A DNA stretch of 64,000 bases, taken from contig NC_052165.1 of assembly GCF_902713615.1 (NCBI RefSeq), forward strand, positions 14,648,348-14,712,347. The letters run 5' to 3'. The DNA is from Scyliorhinus canicula. Taxonomy: Eukaryota. This document shows positions 23,648 to 35,335 of the stretch, one piece after another. The stretch's first letter is position 1, and every line of letters begins with the position of its first letter. Both the position numbers and the translations under genes were made by a program. Under the pieces are notes generated by a model. It was not told the origin of the DNA. It saw nothing but the letters and a program-made list of their open reading frames with translations, and made no database searches.

Positions 23648-24002
23648 TCATAGATCATAGAATTTACAGTGCAGAAGGAGGCCATTCAGCCCATCGAGTC
23701 TGCACCGGCTCTTGGAAAGAGCACCCTACCCAAGGTCAACAACTCCACCCTATCCCCATAACCCAGTAACCCCACCCAACGCTAAGGGCAATTTTGGACA
23801 CTTAAGGGCAATTTAGCATGGCCAATCCACCTAACCTGCACAGCTTTGGACTGTGGGAGGAAACCGGAGCACCCGGAGGAAACCCACGCAGACACGGGGA
23901 GGATGTGCAGACTCCGCACAGACAGTGACCCAAGCCGGAATCGAACCTGGGACCCTGGAGCTGTGAAGCGATTGTGCTATCCACAATGCTACCATGCTGC
24001 CC
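23648..24002 (-). mobile_element. HE1-type SINE, CR1-type tail
   Basis: Full-length consensus-like copy ending TTCTATGATCTATGA. Confidence 0.92.
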
Positions 24003-24714
24003 CTAAGGGGTCAGCCTGAGAGTGGACAGAAGGCCCGTGTACCGCAGAGAACCAGTGCCATTTTCCTCAGGGCAAAGCAATCTGCTGGAGGTTGGGAAGC
24101 TGGACCATTGTGAGACCTTGAATACCCTTATGAGCAGTGAGATCCATAGCTCTGCTGACAGCCTGAGCTTGCAGCTAGAGCAGAAAATATTGATCTAAAA
24201 GCAACTAAAAAGCTGTGGGTGCGATGTTGGAAATCGAAAATAAAAATGTAAGATGCTGGATACTCAGTAAGCATCTGTGGAGAGCATCAGAGACAGAATT
24301 TGTGTGTGTTCTTATTGTCAAAGGGTTAAATTCTCTACCTCGTGCCTCCGGTGGCGGAGAATCCAGTGTCGTGACGGAAAACTTGCGCCGAACCGTTTAC
24401 AATGCTCCTGCCCCCCGCCCCGACGGTGGAAGCAAGGTTCGCACCAGACGCCAGCGGGAGAATGCAGATGGGCCAGACATCATGTTCTCCGGGGCCCACA
24501 TGATTTTCCAGTTCTCTGGGCCAGGCATCATGCGAGGGGAAAGTACTGCTGGTCCTAACATGCATGGCCCTCACGAGGTCGGCCTCAGGTGGGCCAAGGG
24601 AGCACCTCTTTTTGTGAGTTCCCCCCAAAGTCCATCCGAGGGCCTACCCGCCCCCCACAATGCAAGATCCCACCCCTAAATAAAGAGACACCCCCGAGAC
24701 TAAATCTGTTGGTA

Positions 24715-25690
24715 TTCCTTTTGAGGATGTTACTAGTAGCATAGATAAAGAATGACCAGTGAATGTGGCGTATTTGGCTTTTCAGAAGGCTTTTAATAAG
24801 ATCTCACACAGGAGGCTATCAACAGAATTAGAGCCCATTGGCAGCAATATAGTGGCATGGAGTGACAGAGAAAGGAGAATACGAATTAACGGGTCATTCT
24901 CAGGGTGTCAGGCCAACACTCGTGGGGCACCTCAAGGATCAGTGCTCCGTCCACAGTAGTACACATCTATCTAAATGATTTTCTAATATTTCCAAATTTG
25001 TTAAGGAGGTTGTAAGGAGACTTCAAGGGGACTTGAACAGGATAAGTGAATGGGCGAAAATATGGTAAATGGATGTGAATTTATCCACTTTGGTCGGAAA
25101 AACTAATAGGCACAATATTACTAAAATGGTGAGAGGTTTGGGACGTGTAGATGTACAAAGGGACCTGAATGTCCTAGTTCATGAATCACAAAAAGCTCGC
25201 ATGTGGGTGCAGCAAGCAATTAGGAAGGCAAATGGTATGTTGGCCTTCACCGCAAGGGGGATTGGAGTATAGCCTTTCTGCAGTTATATAGAGTTTTGAT
25301 GTACCTGGAGAATTGTGTACAGTATCGGTCTCCTTATCTAAGGAAGGATATACTTCCTGTAGGCGAAGTGCAACGGAGGTTCACCAGACTAATCCTGGGT
25401 TGGCGGGATTGTCTTATGAGGAGGGAATGGGAATCTGGGCCTCTGCAGTCTCGAGTTTCAAAGAATGATTGGTGATCTCATTGAAACCTATGGAATTTTT
25501 ACCGGACGTGACAGGGTGGTGAATCTTTGGAATTGTCTACCCCAGAGGACGGGAATCTCAATATTGACATGTTCAAGACATAAATTGATAGGTTTCAGGA
25601 TACTAATGACATCACGGGATACGGGGTAGTGCAGGAAAGTAGTGTGGAGATAGATCATGGCTGATCATCTAACTGAATGGAAATTCCAGG
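24715..25690 (+). mobile_element. Degenerate CR1 RT fragment
   Basis: AYLAFQKAFNKISHRRL, GAPQGSVL, RDLNVLV..KANGMLAF motifs. Confidence 0.85.
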
Positions 25691-26114
25691 CCATGCTTTG
25701 CTAAAGGCTGAAATCACTCAAACGAGGATGCAACGCAAAATTTGCATGTGACCTGCCTCAATGGGAATGTGCAGGAGTTCATAGTGAATTGAAAACCAAA
25801 CTTTGGCCCCTTTTATCCATATCCCCTGTTCCATTAGAAACAGTCGTTTTCAATTTGCTCTGTGCCTCATAGTTTTGAGCACCTCTTTTAATGCAGGTTC
25901 TTCTGTTTCAGCAAATACAAAGCCCCAATTAAAAGCTAGTTGTGCAAATAACAATACATTTTGGAATGTTACTTTCTTCGCTCGAATTCTTTCGGAGCTC
26001 CTCTCACATCAGCATCACAACTTCAGAAGAAGAGCAGCGGAGGTTCCGTTGACTCCCATAAACAGGTTTCCTGACATACTTGTACTGACGTTACAGCAGC
26101 GAAGTGGGGCCGTT

Positions 26115-26560
26115 TCAGAATCACAGCACAGAAGGAAGTCGTTCAGCCCATCGTCGTGCCTGCACCATCTCTCTGAGTGAGCAATTCACTTTGTGCCTTC
26201 CACTACCTTCTCCCCATAACCATTTTTCCATTTCCGATAACAATCTAATTTCCTTTTTAATGTCTCAATTACACCTTCTTCCACCACACTCGGAGGCATT
26301 GCATTCCAGACCTAACCACTCGTCGTAAGCAACGTTTTTCTTATGTTTCTTTTATCAATAGCTTTAAATTTATGCCCTCTTGTTCTTGATCCTTCCCTGT
26401 CCCCCTCATGATTTTGAACACCTCTGTCAAACTTCCTCTCAGCCTTTTCTTCTCCAAGGAAAAGTCCTGACTTCTCCAATCTGTCTTGGTAACTGAAATT
26501 TATTTTCCCTGGAAGTCGGGAATCTTTTCTGCACCCTCTCTAACACCTTCACATCTTCTG
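26115..26560 (-). mobile_element. Degenerate CR1 3' fragment
   Basis: Reverse-complement tail CAGCACAGAAGGAAGTCGTTCAGCCCATCG and decayed coding end. Confidence 0.6.
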
Positions 26561-26619
26561 AAGGAATTCCTCATCACTGTTCAATGGTAAACCATGCAAT
26601 TAGGACACTACTTGTGTTT

Positions 26620-26930
26620 TTTTTATTCATTCATGGGATGGAGGCGTCGTTGGCTAGGCCAGCATTTGTTGCCCATCACTAATTATCCTTGAACTGAGTG
26701 GCTTGCTAGCCCAAGCGGTTAAGAGTCAAGGACGGCAGATTTCCTTCATTAGTGAAGCAGGTGGGTTTTTTCAACAGTTGACAATGGTTCATGATCGTCG
26801 TTAGACTTTTGATTGAACTCAAGTTTCACCATCTGCATGTGATGGGATTGTAACCCGTGTCCCCAGAGCGTTACCCTGGGTCTCCAGATTACTGGTGTAA
26901 TGACAATACCACTATGTCACTACCTCCCTC
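26620..26930 (-). mobile_element. tRNA-derived SINE of a second family
   Basis: Minus-strand head GTGACATAGTGGTATTGTCA...GGGTTACAATCCC; tail CCATCCCATGAATGAATAAA. Confidence 0.65.
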
Positions 26931-27070
26931 CTTGCGTGGAGAATAAACATTAATTCACCCCATGTCCATGATTGAATTAATTAATGAGTTAATAGACTGT
27001 GCCCAGTTCTACTCTTGGGTATTTAATTAACAACATGCCATGTAGTTAGCACATAAAATGTAGTGATATG

Positions 27071-27095
27071 GGGCGGGATTCTCTGACCCCCTCCC

Positions 27096-27143
<48 letters not shown>

Positions 27144-27748
27144 CCGTCCTCCCTATTCTCCCCCCCTCCCCACAAACCGGTGTGGCGTGAGTCACGCTGC
27201 CCGCCTCGGAGAATGACGGGGTCCGGCGTGACTCAATGGGTCCCGGGGCTGTCCGGATTCTACGGCCCGTGATGGGCCGAAGTCCCGTCCATTCTATGCC
27301 GGTCCCGCCGGCGTAAATTGGACTTGGTCCCTTACCGGCGGCACCTTGGCGGCGCAGGCGGGCTCCAGGGTTCTTGGAGGATCGCGGGGGGATCTGGCCT
27401 CAGTAGGTGCCCCCGTGGTGGCCTGGCCCGCGGTCGGAGCCCACCAATCCACGGGCGGGTCTGTGCTGTGGGGGCACTCAATTCCTTCCACACTGGAGGC
27501 CATGGTCATCCGCCATTCCCGGTGCAGGAGTGACTTCATGTACGCATGCGCTGACCCGCGCCAGCCGGCGGAGGCCCTTTGGCGCTTGTTGGCGTGGTGC
27601 CAGGCCCCTATACCGCCGGCCGGCGGGGCGCCAACCATTCTGGGGAGGGTTTCCTCCGCACCTTTGGGGCAGCCCAACGTCGGAGTGGTTCACGCCACTC
27701 CATCCCGCCGGGGCCCCCCGCCCCACCAGGTACGGGAGAGTCCCGCCC
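27071..27748. mobile_element. Harbinger-type MITE
   Basis: TIRs GGGCGGGATTCTC / GAGAGTCCCGCCC with 3-bp TSD ATG; internal poly-C. Confidence 0.85.
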
Positions 27749-27839
27749 ATGATGTTTTAATGCTTCTGTTATTCTCACAATTTGGTACTGAATCATTCCA
27801 GTTTTAGTGAAAATCCAGCTCCAATTTAGCAGGATAACA

Positions 27840-28165
27840 TGTTACTGCCCACTGGGCTAGTGTGCAGTCAATTCCAGCCTCACTTGACCTGAAGTCTCAA
27901 CGCAACTGAAATTATTAGATATTTCTTATGTTATGGGCCAGCGTTTGGAAAACTCCAAAGTATATATTGGAGTTCACCTGACCTACAAATGTTTATTAAT
28001 TTTGGTTACGTGGAGCACAAGGGCCTACTTTTCAGGTGTTGTTCAACAGAGGCCTTAAGTACTTTTAATGAAAAACAAAGTTTATTCTACGAATTTAGTT
28101 AACATTTTTATAAACACACAGAGTAAGCACTTTTATCAACTATCAACATAACTGCTCGACTTAAA
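27840..28165 (-). mobile_element. Two adjacent LTR fragments
   Basis: 27840-27928 resembles the start of 21012; 27929-28165 resembles the start of 40344 (TGTTATGGGCCAG...GGAGTTCACCTGACC). Confidence 0.65.
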
Positions 28166-28823
28166 GATACATGTCCATTAAGCATCCATGGATCAAAATG
28201 ATAACAGCAAAAATAAAGAAAGGGGAAATAAGGGACTCAACAGGAATTACAAACACAGTGCTCTGAATTCAGTGCCCCTATTTTGTTTCTCATCAAGGCC
28301 ACACAGACCTGACATGGGATAAGATTTGCAGCTGATTCTGTGTAAACAAAGCCCAGTTTACATTGCTAACACAGCCCCAGTCCAACACCCACTGGAGCAA
28401 GCAGATTTTCAGTCATGAGATTCTTGTGTATGCATGTGACCGAGGGAAGCAAGGCATCCTCGCTTTGCACCCCTTATTTCATCTGAAAGTCACAGATCCA
28501 CTGAATATGTGCATTAGTACTTTGCATTTAACACAAAACTCGAAGCATGTTAAGTAACACATGGCATTTAAATGATGCTGCTTTTGAGGTGTGTCACTCA
28601 TTTCAAGTTGACATTCCATTGCTCATACAGCACAACATCAGCATGTATGTGAAAAGGAAATAAAGATTTATGTATAAAGTGCTGTATAAAGTATCTCAGA
28701 AATATCTAAAACCTCTTCGCTCAACAACCATTTGAAAGTTTGGTGATTGTCATGTTTGTGAACCAGGAAAACAAACCCATTCACCTTTCCCCATAAAAGG
28801 AAACTGGTGAAGTAGCCTGAGCA

Positions 28824-29037
28824 GGGGAGGCACGGTGGCGCAGTGGTTAGCACTGCTGTCTCACGGCGCCGAGGACCCGGGTTCGATCCCGGCCTCGGGT
28901 CACTGTCCGTGTGGAATTTGCACATTATCCCCGTGGCTGCGTGGGTCTCACCCCCACAACCCAAAAAGATGTGCAGAGTAAATCGCCCCTTTAATTGTAA
29001 AAAAAAAAGAATTGGGTACTCTAAATGTTTTTTAAAA
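28824..29037 (+). mobile_element. Short V-SINE variant ending GGGTACTCTAAA
   Basis: Head plus shortened core; flanking repeat TAGCCTGA. Confidence 0.85.
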
Positions 29038-29543
29038 TAGCCTGATGATGCAGAAAATTAATTCATTACGGCAGTGGGCACAGGATGTAAATCTGCTCCT
29101 ATTGTACACAAAACACATCTTCATCTCAATCAAGTTCATTGAAGGTACATCAAGCTGTCTTTTTTTCGAGAAGGTAATTGTAATTGGTTGACAGTTCATT
29201 AATTTTGTGAACATTGGATGTATTTAGCCCATTTGAATTCTTTTTTCATTGATCTTTGTGTGTAATGTAGCCGCTGAGGCCAGAAAAACAATGCCATCTG
29301 TTTCCTGGTCACTGGCAATACCCAGGTATGGTCTCGTGGGCACCAGGCCTCACCATCTCTTTTCTGGGTGACGTCTGCCTTCTCCTCATTAGCTTATAAT
29401 AATAATGGCATTTTATTCGAGAAAGACTTTCACAGCCCGAATTCTAAATTGCAGTGTGACAAACACAGCGTGAGATAATATAACGGTTAAGTATCAGGTA
29501 GAAAACATGTCACAGTCATGTACTAACAAAAATAGGCAAACAA

Positions 29544-29763
29544 GGGCAGCACGGTGGTGCAGTGGGTTAGCACTGCTGCCTCACGGCGCCGAGGTCCCAG
29601 GTTCAATCCCAGCTCTGGGTCACTGTCCGTGTGGAGTTTGCACATTCTCCCCATGTTTGCGTGGGTTTCGCCCCCACAGCCCAAAGATGTGCGGGGTAGG
29701 CAAATTGGCCACGCTAAATTGTCCCTTAATTGGAAAGATATGGTACTCTAAATTTATGGGGAA
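29544..29763 (+). mobile_element. Short V-SINE variant with 16-bp TSD
   Basis: TSD AAAAATAGGCAAACAA at 29528-29543 and 29764-29779. Confidence 0.9.
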
Positions 29764-29827
29764 AAAAATAGGCAAACAAATTCAAGAGGCAACGCAAGTG
29801 CGAAAGGGGATGTTAAAAGCAGGGTAC

Positions 29828-30152
29828 CACAGAAACTCGACAGTGCAAAAGGAGGCCATTGGGCCCATCGAGTCTGCACCAGCCCTCTGAAAGAACACCT
29901 TGTCTAAGCCCACTCCTCCGCCCTGTCCCTGTAACCCCACATAAGCTGCACATCTTTGGACACAAGAAGGGGCAATTTAGCACAGCATATCCACCTATCC
30001 TGCACATATTTAGACTATGGGAGGAAACCAGAGCACCCGGAGGAAACCCACGTAGATACGGGGAGCGTGCAAACTCCACACAGTCACCCGAGGCTGGCTT
30101 TGAACCCAAGTCCCTGACGCTGAGAGGCAGCAGCACTGTGCCACCGTGCCCC
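29828..30152 (-). mobile_element. HE1-type SINE (older)
   Basis: Head, core and CR1-type tail. Confidence 0.85.
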
Positions 30153-30811
30153 CAGGTAAAACTGCATTAAAAATATATTACAATTACAAACCAATACACC
30201 ATTCCTACTTTACAGGCACTTCAGCACATATAAATATCATCATTAAATTTCACTGTTTTCTGCTGTAGTATGACTCAGAACGCTACATTGGACACCACAA
30301 TGCAATGCCACAGGATGCTTTTAATACACAAAAATATATAATAATATAATTTCAGAGTTAAGCTGATTTACAAATACTTTATACAGTATTATATTCTCAT
30401 ACCTTGTGGTCATCTCTATTGGCTGCTGGCAGGATCGCTCACCTGACAGACAGGAAAGTTATCAAAGTACGCTGGGCTGAGCACGTTAGGGGTGCTCCAT
30501 CCCTCCATCCACCATTAATGGGGGGGTTCCAGAAAAGCTTCCAGACTGGGCCACATCTGGACAGCAAACCCTCTGTGGCTGAGATTGACGATTTTGAGCA
30601 AGCCATCAAATCCGCGGAGTTATAACACAGAGTGTGGGATCAACAAACCATTCCTCAGGAGTCCAAGGATGCCAACCCCCCCTCCCCCCACACACACACA
30701 GAGGATATCGCTACATGGTAAGATACCAGCAATAGGTCTACTCAAAGGCTGTAAACCACAGAGCAGAAGATGCACTGCCAGAAAGTCTAAATCTGTTTGG
30801 AAAAGACAGAG

Positions 30812-30993
30812 ATATGAAAATGAATGTCGCTTATTGTCACGAGTAGACTTCAATGAAGTTACTGTGAAAAGCCCCTAGTCGCCACATTCCGGTGCCTGTT
30901 CGGGGAGGCTGTACGGGATTTGAACCATGCTGCTGGCCTGTCTTGGTCTGCTTTAAAAGCCAGCGATTTAGCTCAGTGTGCTAAACCAGTCCC
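30812..30993 (-). mobile_element. Short tRNA-derived SINE without V core, Rex1-like tail
   Basis: Head GGGACTGGTTTAGCAC..GGTTCAAATCCC joined to GTGGCGACTAGGGGCTTTTCACAGTAAC...GTGACAATAA. Confidence 0.75.
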
Positions 30994-31018
30994 TGATACT
31001 TGTGATACTTGTGACATC

Positions 31019-31280
31019 TTTCACGCCTTTCACATCTTTTGCCCTCTCTGGGGACTGCCATTAACACTCTTTCCCCTTGGTTTCTGTGGCCATTAGCACC
31101 TGGTTTCCCCGGGTTTCTGTGGCTACGACTCATCTTTCATTCTCACTCCACAGTATAAATATTTCCCACTTTCTCTGTCTGTTAGCTTTGACAAAGAGTC
31201 ATCGGAATCGAAACGTTAGCTCTTTTCTCTCCCCACAGATGCTGCCAGACCTGCTGAGATTTTCAAGCATTTTCTCTTTC
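31019..31280 (+). mobile_element. Penelope-type terminal repeat fragment
   Basis: CGAAACGTTAGCTC..CCACAGATGCTGCCAGACCTGCTGAG; flanked by direct repeat ACTTGTGACAT. Confidence 0.65.
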
Positions 31281-31446
31281 GACACTTGTGACATGATCTT
31301 CACCCTTGGTAAATACAAGAGACAGGCTGCGAATAATAGATGGGACTCTGCTGTGCCTTTATTGACTCTGACACAGTAAATCAACCTTGTGGAAAGTATT
31401 AGTTCAACTTGGATGTCCTGAGAGAGGTATAAATTTGATGCAGCAA

Positions 31447-32660
31447 TTGGATTGGATTGGATTTGTTTATTGTCACATGTACAGAGGTACAGTGAAAAGT
31501 ATTTTTCTGCGAGCAGCTCAACAGATCATTAAATACATGGGAAGAAAAGGGAATAAAGAAAATACATAATAGGGCAACACAAGGTACGCAATGTAACTAC
31601 ATAAGCACTGGCATCGGGTGAAGCATACAGGGTGTAGTGTTAATGAGATCAGTCCATAAGAGGGTAATTTAGGAGTCTGGTAACAGCGGGGAAGAAGCTG
31701 TTTTTGAGTCTGTTCATGCGTGTTCTCCGACTTCTGTATCTCCTGCCCGATGGAAGAAGTTGGAAGAGTGAGTAAGCCGGTTGGGAGGGGTCTTTGATTG
31801 TGCTGCCCGCTTTCCCCAGTAGTGGGAGGTGTAGATGGAGTCAATGGATGGGAGGCAGGTTCGTGTGATGGACTGGGCTGTGTTCACGACTCTGAAGTTC
31901 CTTGCGGTCCTGGGCCGAGTAGTTGCCATACCAGGCTGTGATGCAGCCCGATAGGATGCTTTCTATGGTGCATCTGTAAAAGTTGGGAAGGGTTAATGTG
32001 GACATGCCAAATTTCCTTAGTTTCCTGAGGAAGTATAGGCACGGTTGTGCTTTCTTGGTGGTAGCAACGACATGGGTGGACCAGGACAGATTTTTGGAGA
32101 TGTGCACCCCTAGGAATTTGAAACTACTAACCATCTCCACCTCGGCCCCATTGATGCTGACAGGGGTGTGTACAGTACTTTGCTTCCTGAAGTTAATGAC
32201 CAGCTCTTTAGTTTTGCTGGCATTGAGGGAGAGATTGTTGTCGTTACACCACTCTACTCGGTTCTCTATCTCCCTCCTGTATTCTGACTCGTCGTTATTC
32301 GAGATCCGGCCCACTATTGTCGTATCGTCAGCAAACTTGTAGATGGATTTGGATCCAAATTTTGCCACACAGTCGTGTGTGTACAGGGAGTAGCGTAGGG
32401 GGCTAAGTATGGAGCCTTGTGGGGCCCCGATATTGAGGACTATTGTGGAGGAGGTGTTGGTGTTCATTCTTACTGATTGTGGTCTGTTGGTCAGAAAGTC
32501 AAGGATCCAGTTGCAGATTGGGGAGCCAAGTCCTAGGTTTTGGAGCTTTGATATGAGTTTGGCTGGGATTATGGTGTTGAAGGCGGAGCTGTAGTCAATA
32601 AATAGGAGTCTGATGTAGGAGTCCTTGTTGTCGAGATGCTCTAGGGATGAGTGTAGGGCC
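31447..32660 (-). mobile_element. Rex1/Babar-type LINE, 5'-truncated RT
   Basis: [39 protein letters not shown]; frameshift near 31890; (ATCCA)n tail. Confidence 0.92.
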
Positions 32661-32799
32661 AGTTTCATGAAGGAATGATTACCAAAGTCGCTGACTAGTG
32701 AATACACTGACACCTTTGACGTAACAAGCTGGGGTTTGGCTTGCCCCCTATGCTCTTCAGCATATTCTTTGTTGGGACGTTTCATAGGATCCATGCAAA

Positions 32800-33025
32800 C
32801 GGTTTAGTTCAGTTGGCTAGGCAGCTGGTTTGTGATGCAGAGTAAGGCCAGCAGCGTGGGTTCAATTGCTGCACCAGCTGAGGTTATTCATGAAGGCCCC
32901 GCCTTCTCAACATTGCTCCCCGCCTGAGGTGTGGTGACCCTCAGGTTAAATCACCACCAGTCAGCTCTCCCCCTTCAAAGGGGAAAGCAGCTTATGGTCA
33001 TCTGGGACTATGGTAACTTTACTTA
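32800..33025 (+). mobile_element. tRNA-derived SINE with a distinct, possibly RTE-type tail
   Basis: Head GGTTTAGTTCAGTTGG..GGCCAGCAGCGTGGGTTCAATT, related to the 30993 head; tail TGGTCATCTGGGACTATGGTAACTTTACTT. Confidence 0.65.
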
Positions 33026-33034
33026 TTGGGATGC

Positions 33035-33357
33035 AAGGTACACAGTGGTTGGCACGGTTGCTTCACAGCGCCAGGGTCCCAGGTTCGATTCCCGGCTTGG
33101 GTCACTGTCTGTGCGGAGTCTGCACGTTCTCCCCGTGTCTGCGTGGGTTTCCTCCGGGTGCTCCGCTTTCCAAACACAGTCCAAAGATGTTCAGGTTAGG
33201 TGGATTGGCCGTGCTAATTTGCCCTTTTTGTGTACAAAAAGGTTAGGTGGGGTTACGGGGATAGGGTGGAGGTGTGGGGCTTAAGTGGGGTGCTCTTTCC
33301 AAGGGCCGGAGCAGACTTGATGGGCCGAATGGCCTCTTTCTGCACTGTAAATTCTAT
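33035..33357 (+). mobile_element. HE1-type SINE
   Basis: B-box, core and CR1-type tail. Confidence 0.9.
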
Positions 33358-33360
33358 CCC

Positions 33361-33703
33361 TACAGTACAGAATGAGGCCATTCGGCCCATTGAGTCTGCA
33401 CTGATCTTCTGAAAGAGCACTCTACCCAAGCCCATTTTCCCTTAACCTATCCTACACATCCCTGGACGCTTAATGGGTAATTGATCATGGCCAATCCACC
33501 TAATCTGCACACATTTGGATACTGAGGTGAAATTTTACCATGGCTAATCCACCTAATCTTTGGACTGTGAGAGGACATGGAGGAAACCCACGCAGGCATG
33601 GGGAGAACATGCAAATTCCACAGAGACTGCAACCCAAGACGGAATTGAACCCGGGTCCCTGGCGCTGTGAGACAGCAGTGCTAACCACTGTGCCACCATG
33701 CCA
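33361..33703 (-). mobile_element. HE1-type SINE, tail-to-tail with the previous copy
   Basis: Diverged copy with an internal duplication of the CCAATCCACCTAATC segment. Confidence 0.8.
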
Positions 33704-33704
33704 C

Positions 33705-35000
33705 CGCTTGATGGAAATGCTGATGGAATATACATCCAATTCAGAAAAAAATGCAATCTCTTAAAGCTGAGGCAACTGAAATCCTCAAATAAGGTACCCG
33801 AGATGATGCAGAAATTACATTTGCCAATATCTGAACCCAAATGACACACTATGAGCATGGCCTTCAATACATCGTGGGCTGTCTTTCAAGAGTGTCTGAC
33901 AGTGGTTTCCTCCGGGTGCTCCGGTTTCCTCCCACAGTCCAAAGATGTGCGGGTTAGGTGGATTGGCCAGGCTAAATTGCCCTTAGTGTCCTAAAAAAAA
34001 GTAATAAGGTTAATGGGGGCTGTTGGGTTACTGGGATAGGTATACGTGGGCTTGAGTAGGGTGATCATTGCTCGGCACAACATCGAGGGCCGAAGGGCCT
34101 GTTCTGTGCTGTACTGTTCTAAAAAAAAAAACTATGGGCTAACTATCAGCTTAAGGAAGACTCCGCGAAACATCTCCAAATTCTGACTTTATCTCACCTT
34201 CTATAACCATCGATGACACAGCCCTGAAGGCTATCGTTACATTACCTATCTCGGAAACACAATCTCCAGAAGTATCTGCATTGACTGTGGGGTGGCAAAT
34301 TGAATTCCCAGAGCAAACTCGGCAGTTACACAAGAGACTGGAGAAAATGAGATATCAAACTTGCAACAAAACCTGCTGTATACCAAATTATGAGAATATT
34401 TACCCATTTGCCTGTGAGACGAAGACTATGAGGTGGGCAGCACGACAGCACAAGTGGCTAGCACTGTGGCTTCACAGCGCAAGGGTCCAAGGTTTAATTC
34501 CCCGCTGCGTCACTGGCTGTGCGGAGTCTGCACGTGCTCCCCGTGTCTGCGTGGGTTTCCTCCGGGTGCTCCGGTTTCCTCTCGCAGTCCAAAGACGTGC
34601 AGGTTAGATGGATTGGCCATGCTAAATTGTCCTTCATGACCAAAAGGATAGCAGGGGTTACGGGGATAGGGTGGAAGTGAGGGCTTTAGTGGGTCGGTGC
34701 AGACTGGATGGGCCAAATGGCCTCCTTCTGCACTGTATATTCTATGTACCTAGTTCAGTTTGACAAGTTCCACATTAGATGGATTCGGAACATCATAGCC
34801 ATCAAATGTGGACGTTGAATGTCCGTAATAAGCAGAAATGTCTTGAATTCGAGACCTCAATCATCAGACCCCAACTCCGATGGAGTGGACATATAGTATG
34901 TATGACTGACGATAAAATCCGGAAGGTGGTCATGTATTCACAATTTAAACTTGGATACCGCACGCAAGCTAAACTGAGATTAAGAAGGCGAGCTTCCGGA
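33705..35000 (+). mobile_element. Old RTE-type LINE fragments interrupted by two SINEs (33904-34130, 34435-34748)
   Basis: TYLGNTIS at about 34240 and QLRWSGHIVCMTDDKIRKVVMYSQ at about 34870. Confidence 0.65.
34435..34748 (+). mobile_element. HE1-type SINE
   Basis: Head, core, tail TTCTATGTA. Confidence 0.9.
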
Positions 35001-35335
35001 AATCATAGAATCCCTGCAGTGTAGAAGGAGGCCATTTGGCCCATCAACTCTGCACCGGCCCTCTGAAAGATCACCTGGCCCTGGCCCATTCCCCCACCCT
35101 ATCCCCACAATCTCACCCAAGCTCCACATCTTTGGACACTAAGGGCAATTTATCATGGCCAATCCACCTAACCTGCACATCTTTGGACTGTGGGAGGAAA
35201 CCGGAGTACCCGGAGGAAACCCACGCAGACACGGAGAGCGTACAAATTCCACAGAGGCAGGCAGTCACCCAAGGCTGGAATTGAAACCGGCTGCTGTGTG
35301 TTGTAAGGCAGCAGTGCTAACCAGTGTGCCTGCCT
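35001..35335 (-). mobile_element. HE1-type SINE (older)
   Basis: Core and CR1-type tail. Confidence 0.85.

Noticed and set aside
25985-26012. Hammerhead-like CTGATG...GGAGCTCCGAAA on the minus strand
   Set aside because: Core is CUGAUGU rather than CUGANGA and stems I and III do not form
30403-30442. 40-nt minus-strand exon-like segment
   Set aside because: Too short, no homology, phase not linkable to other candidates
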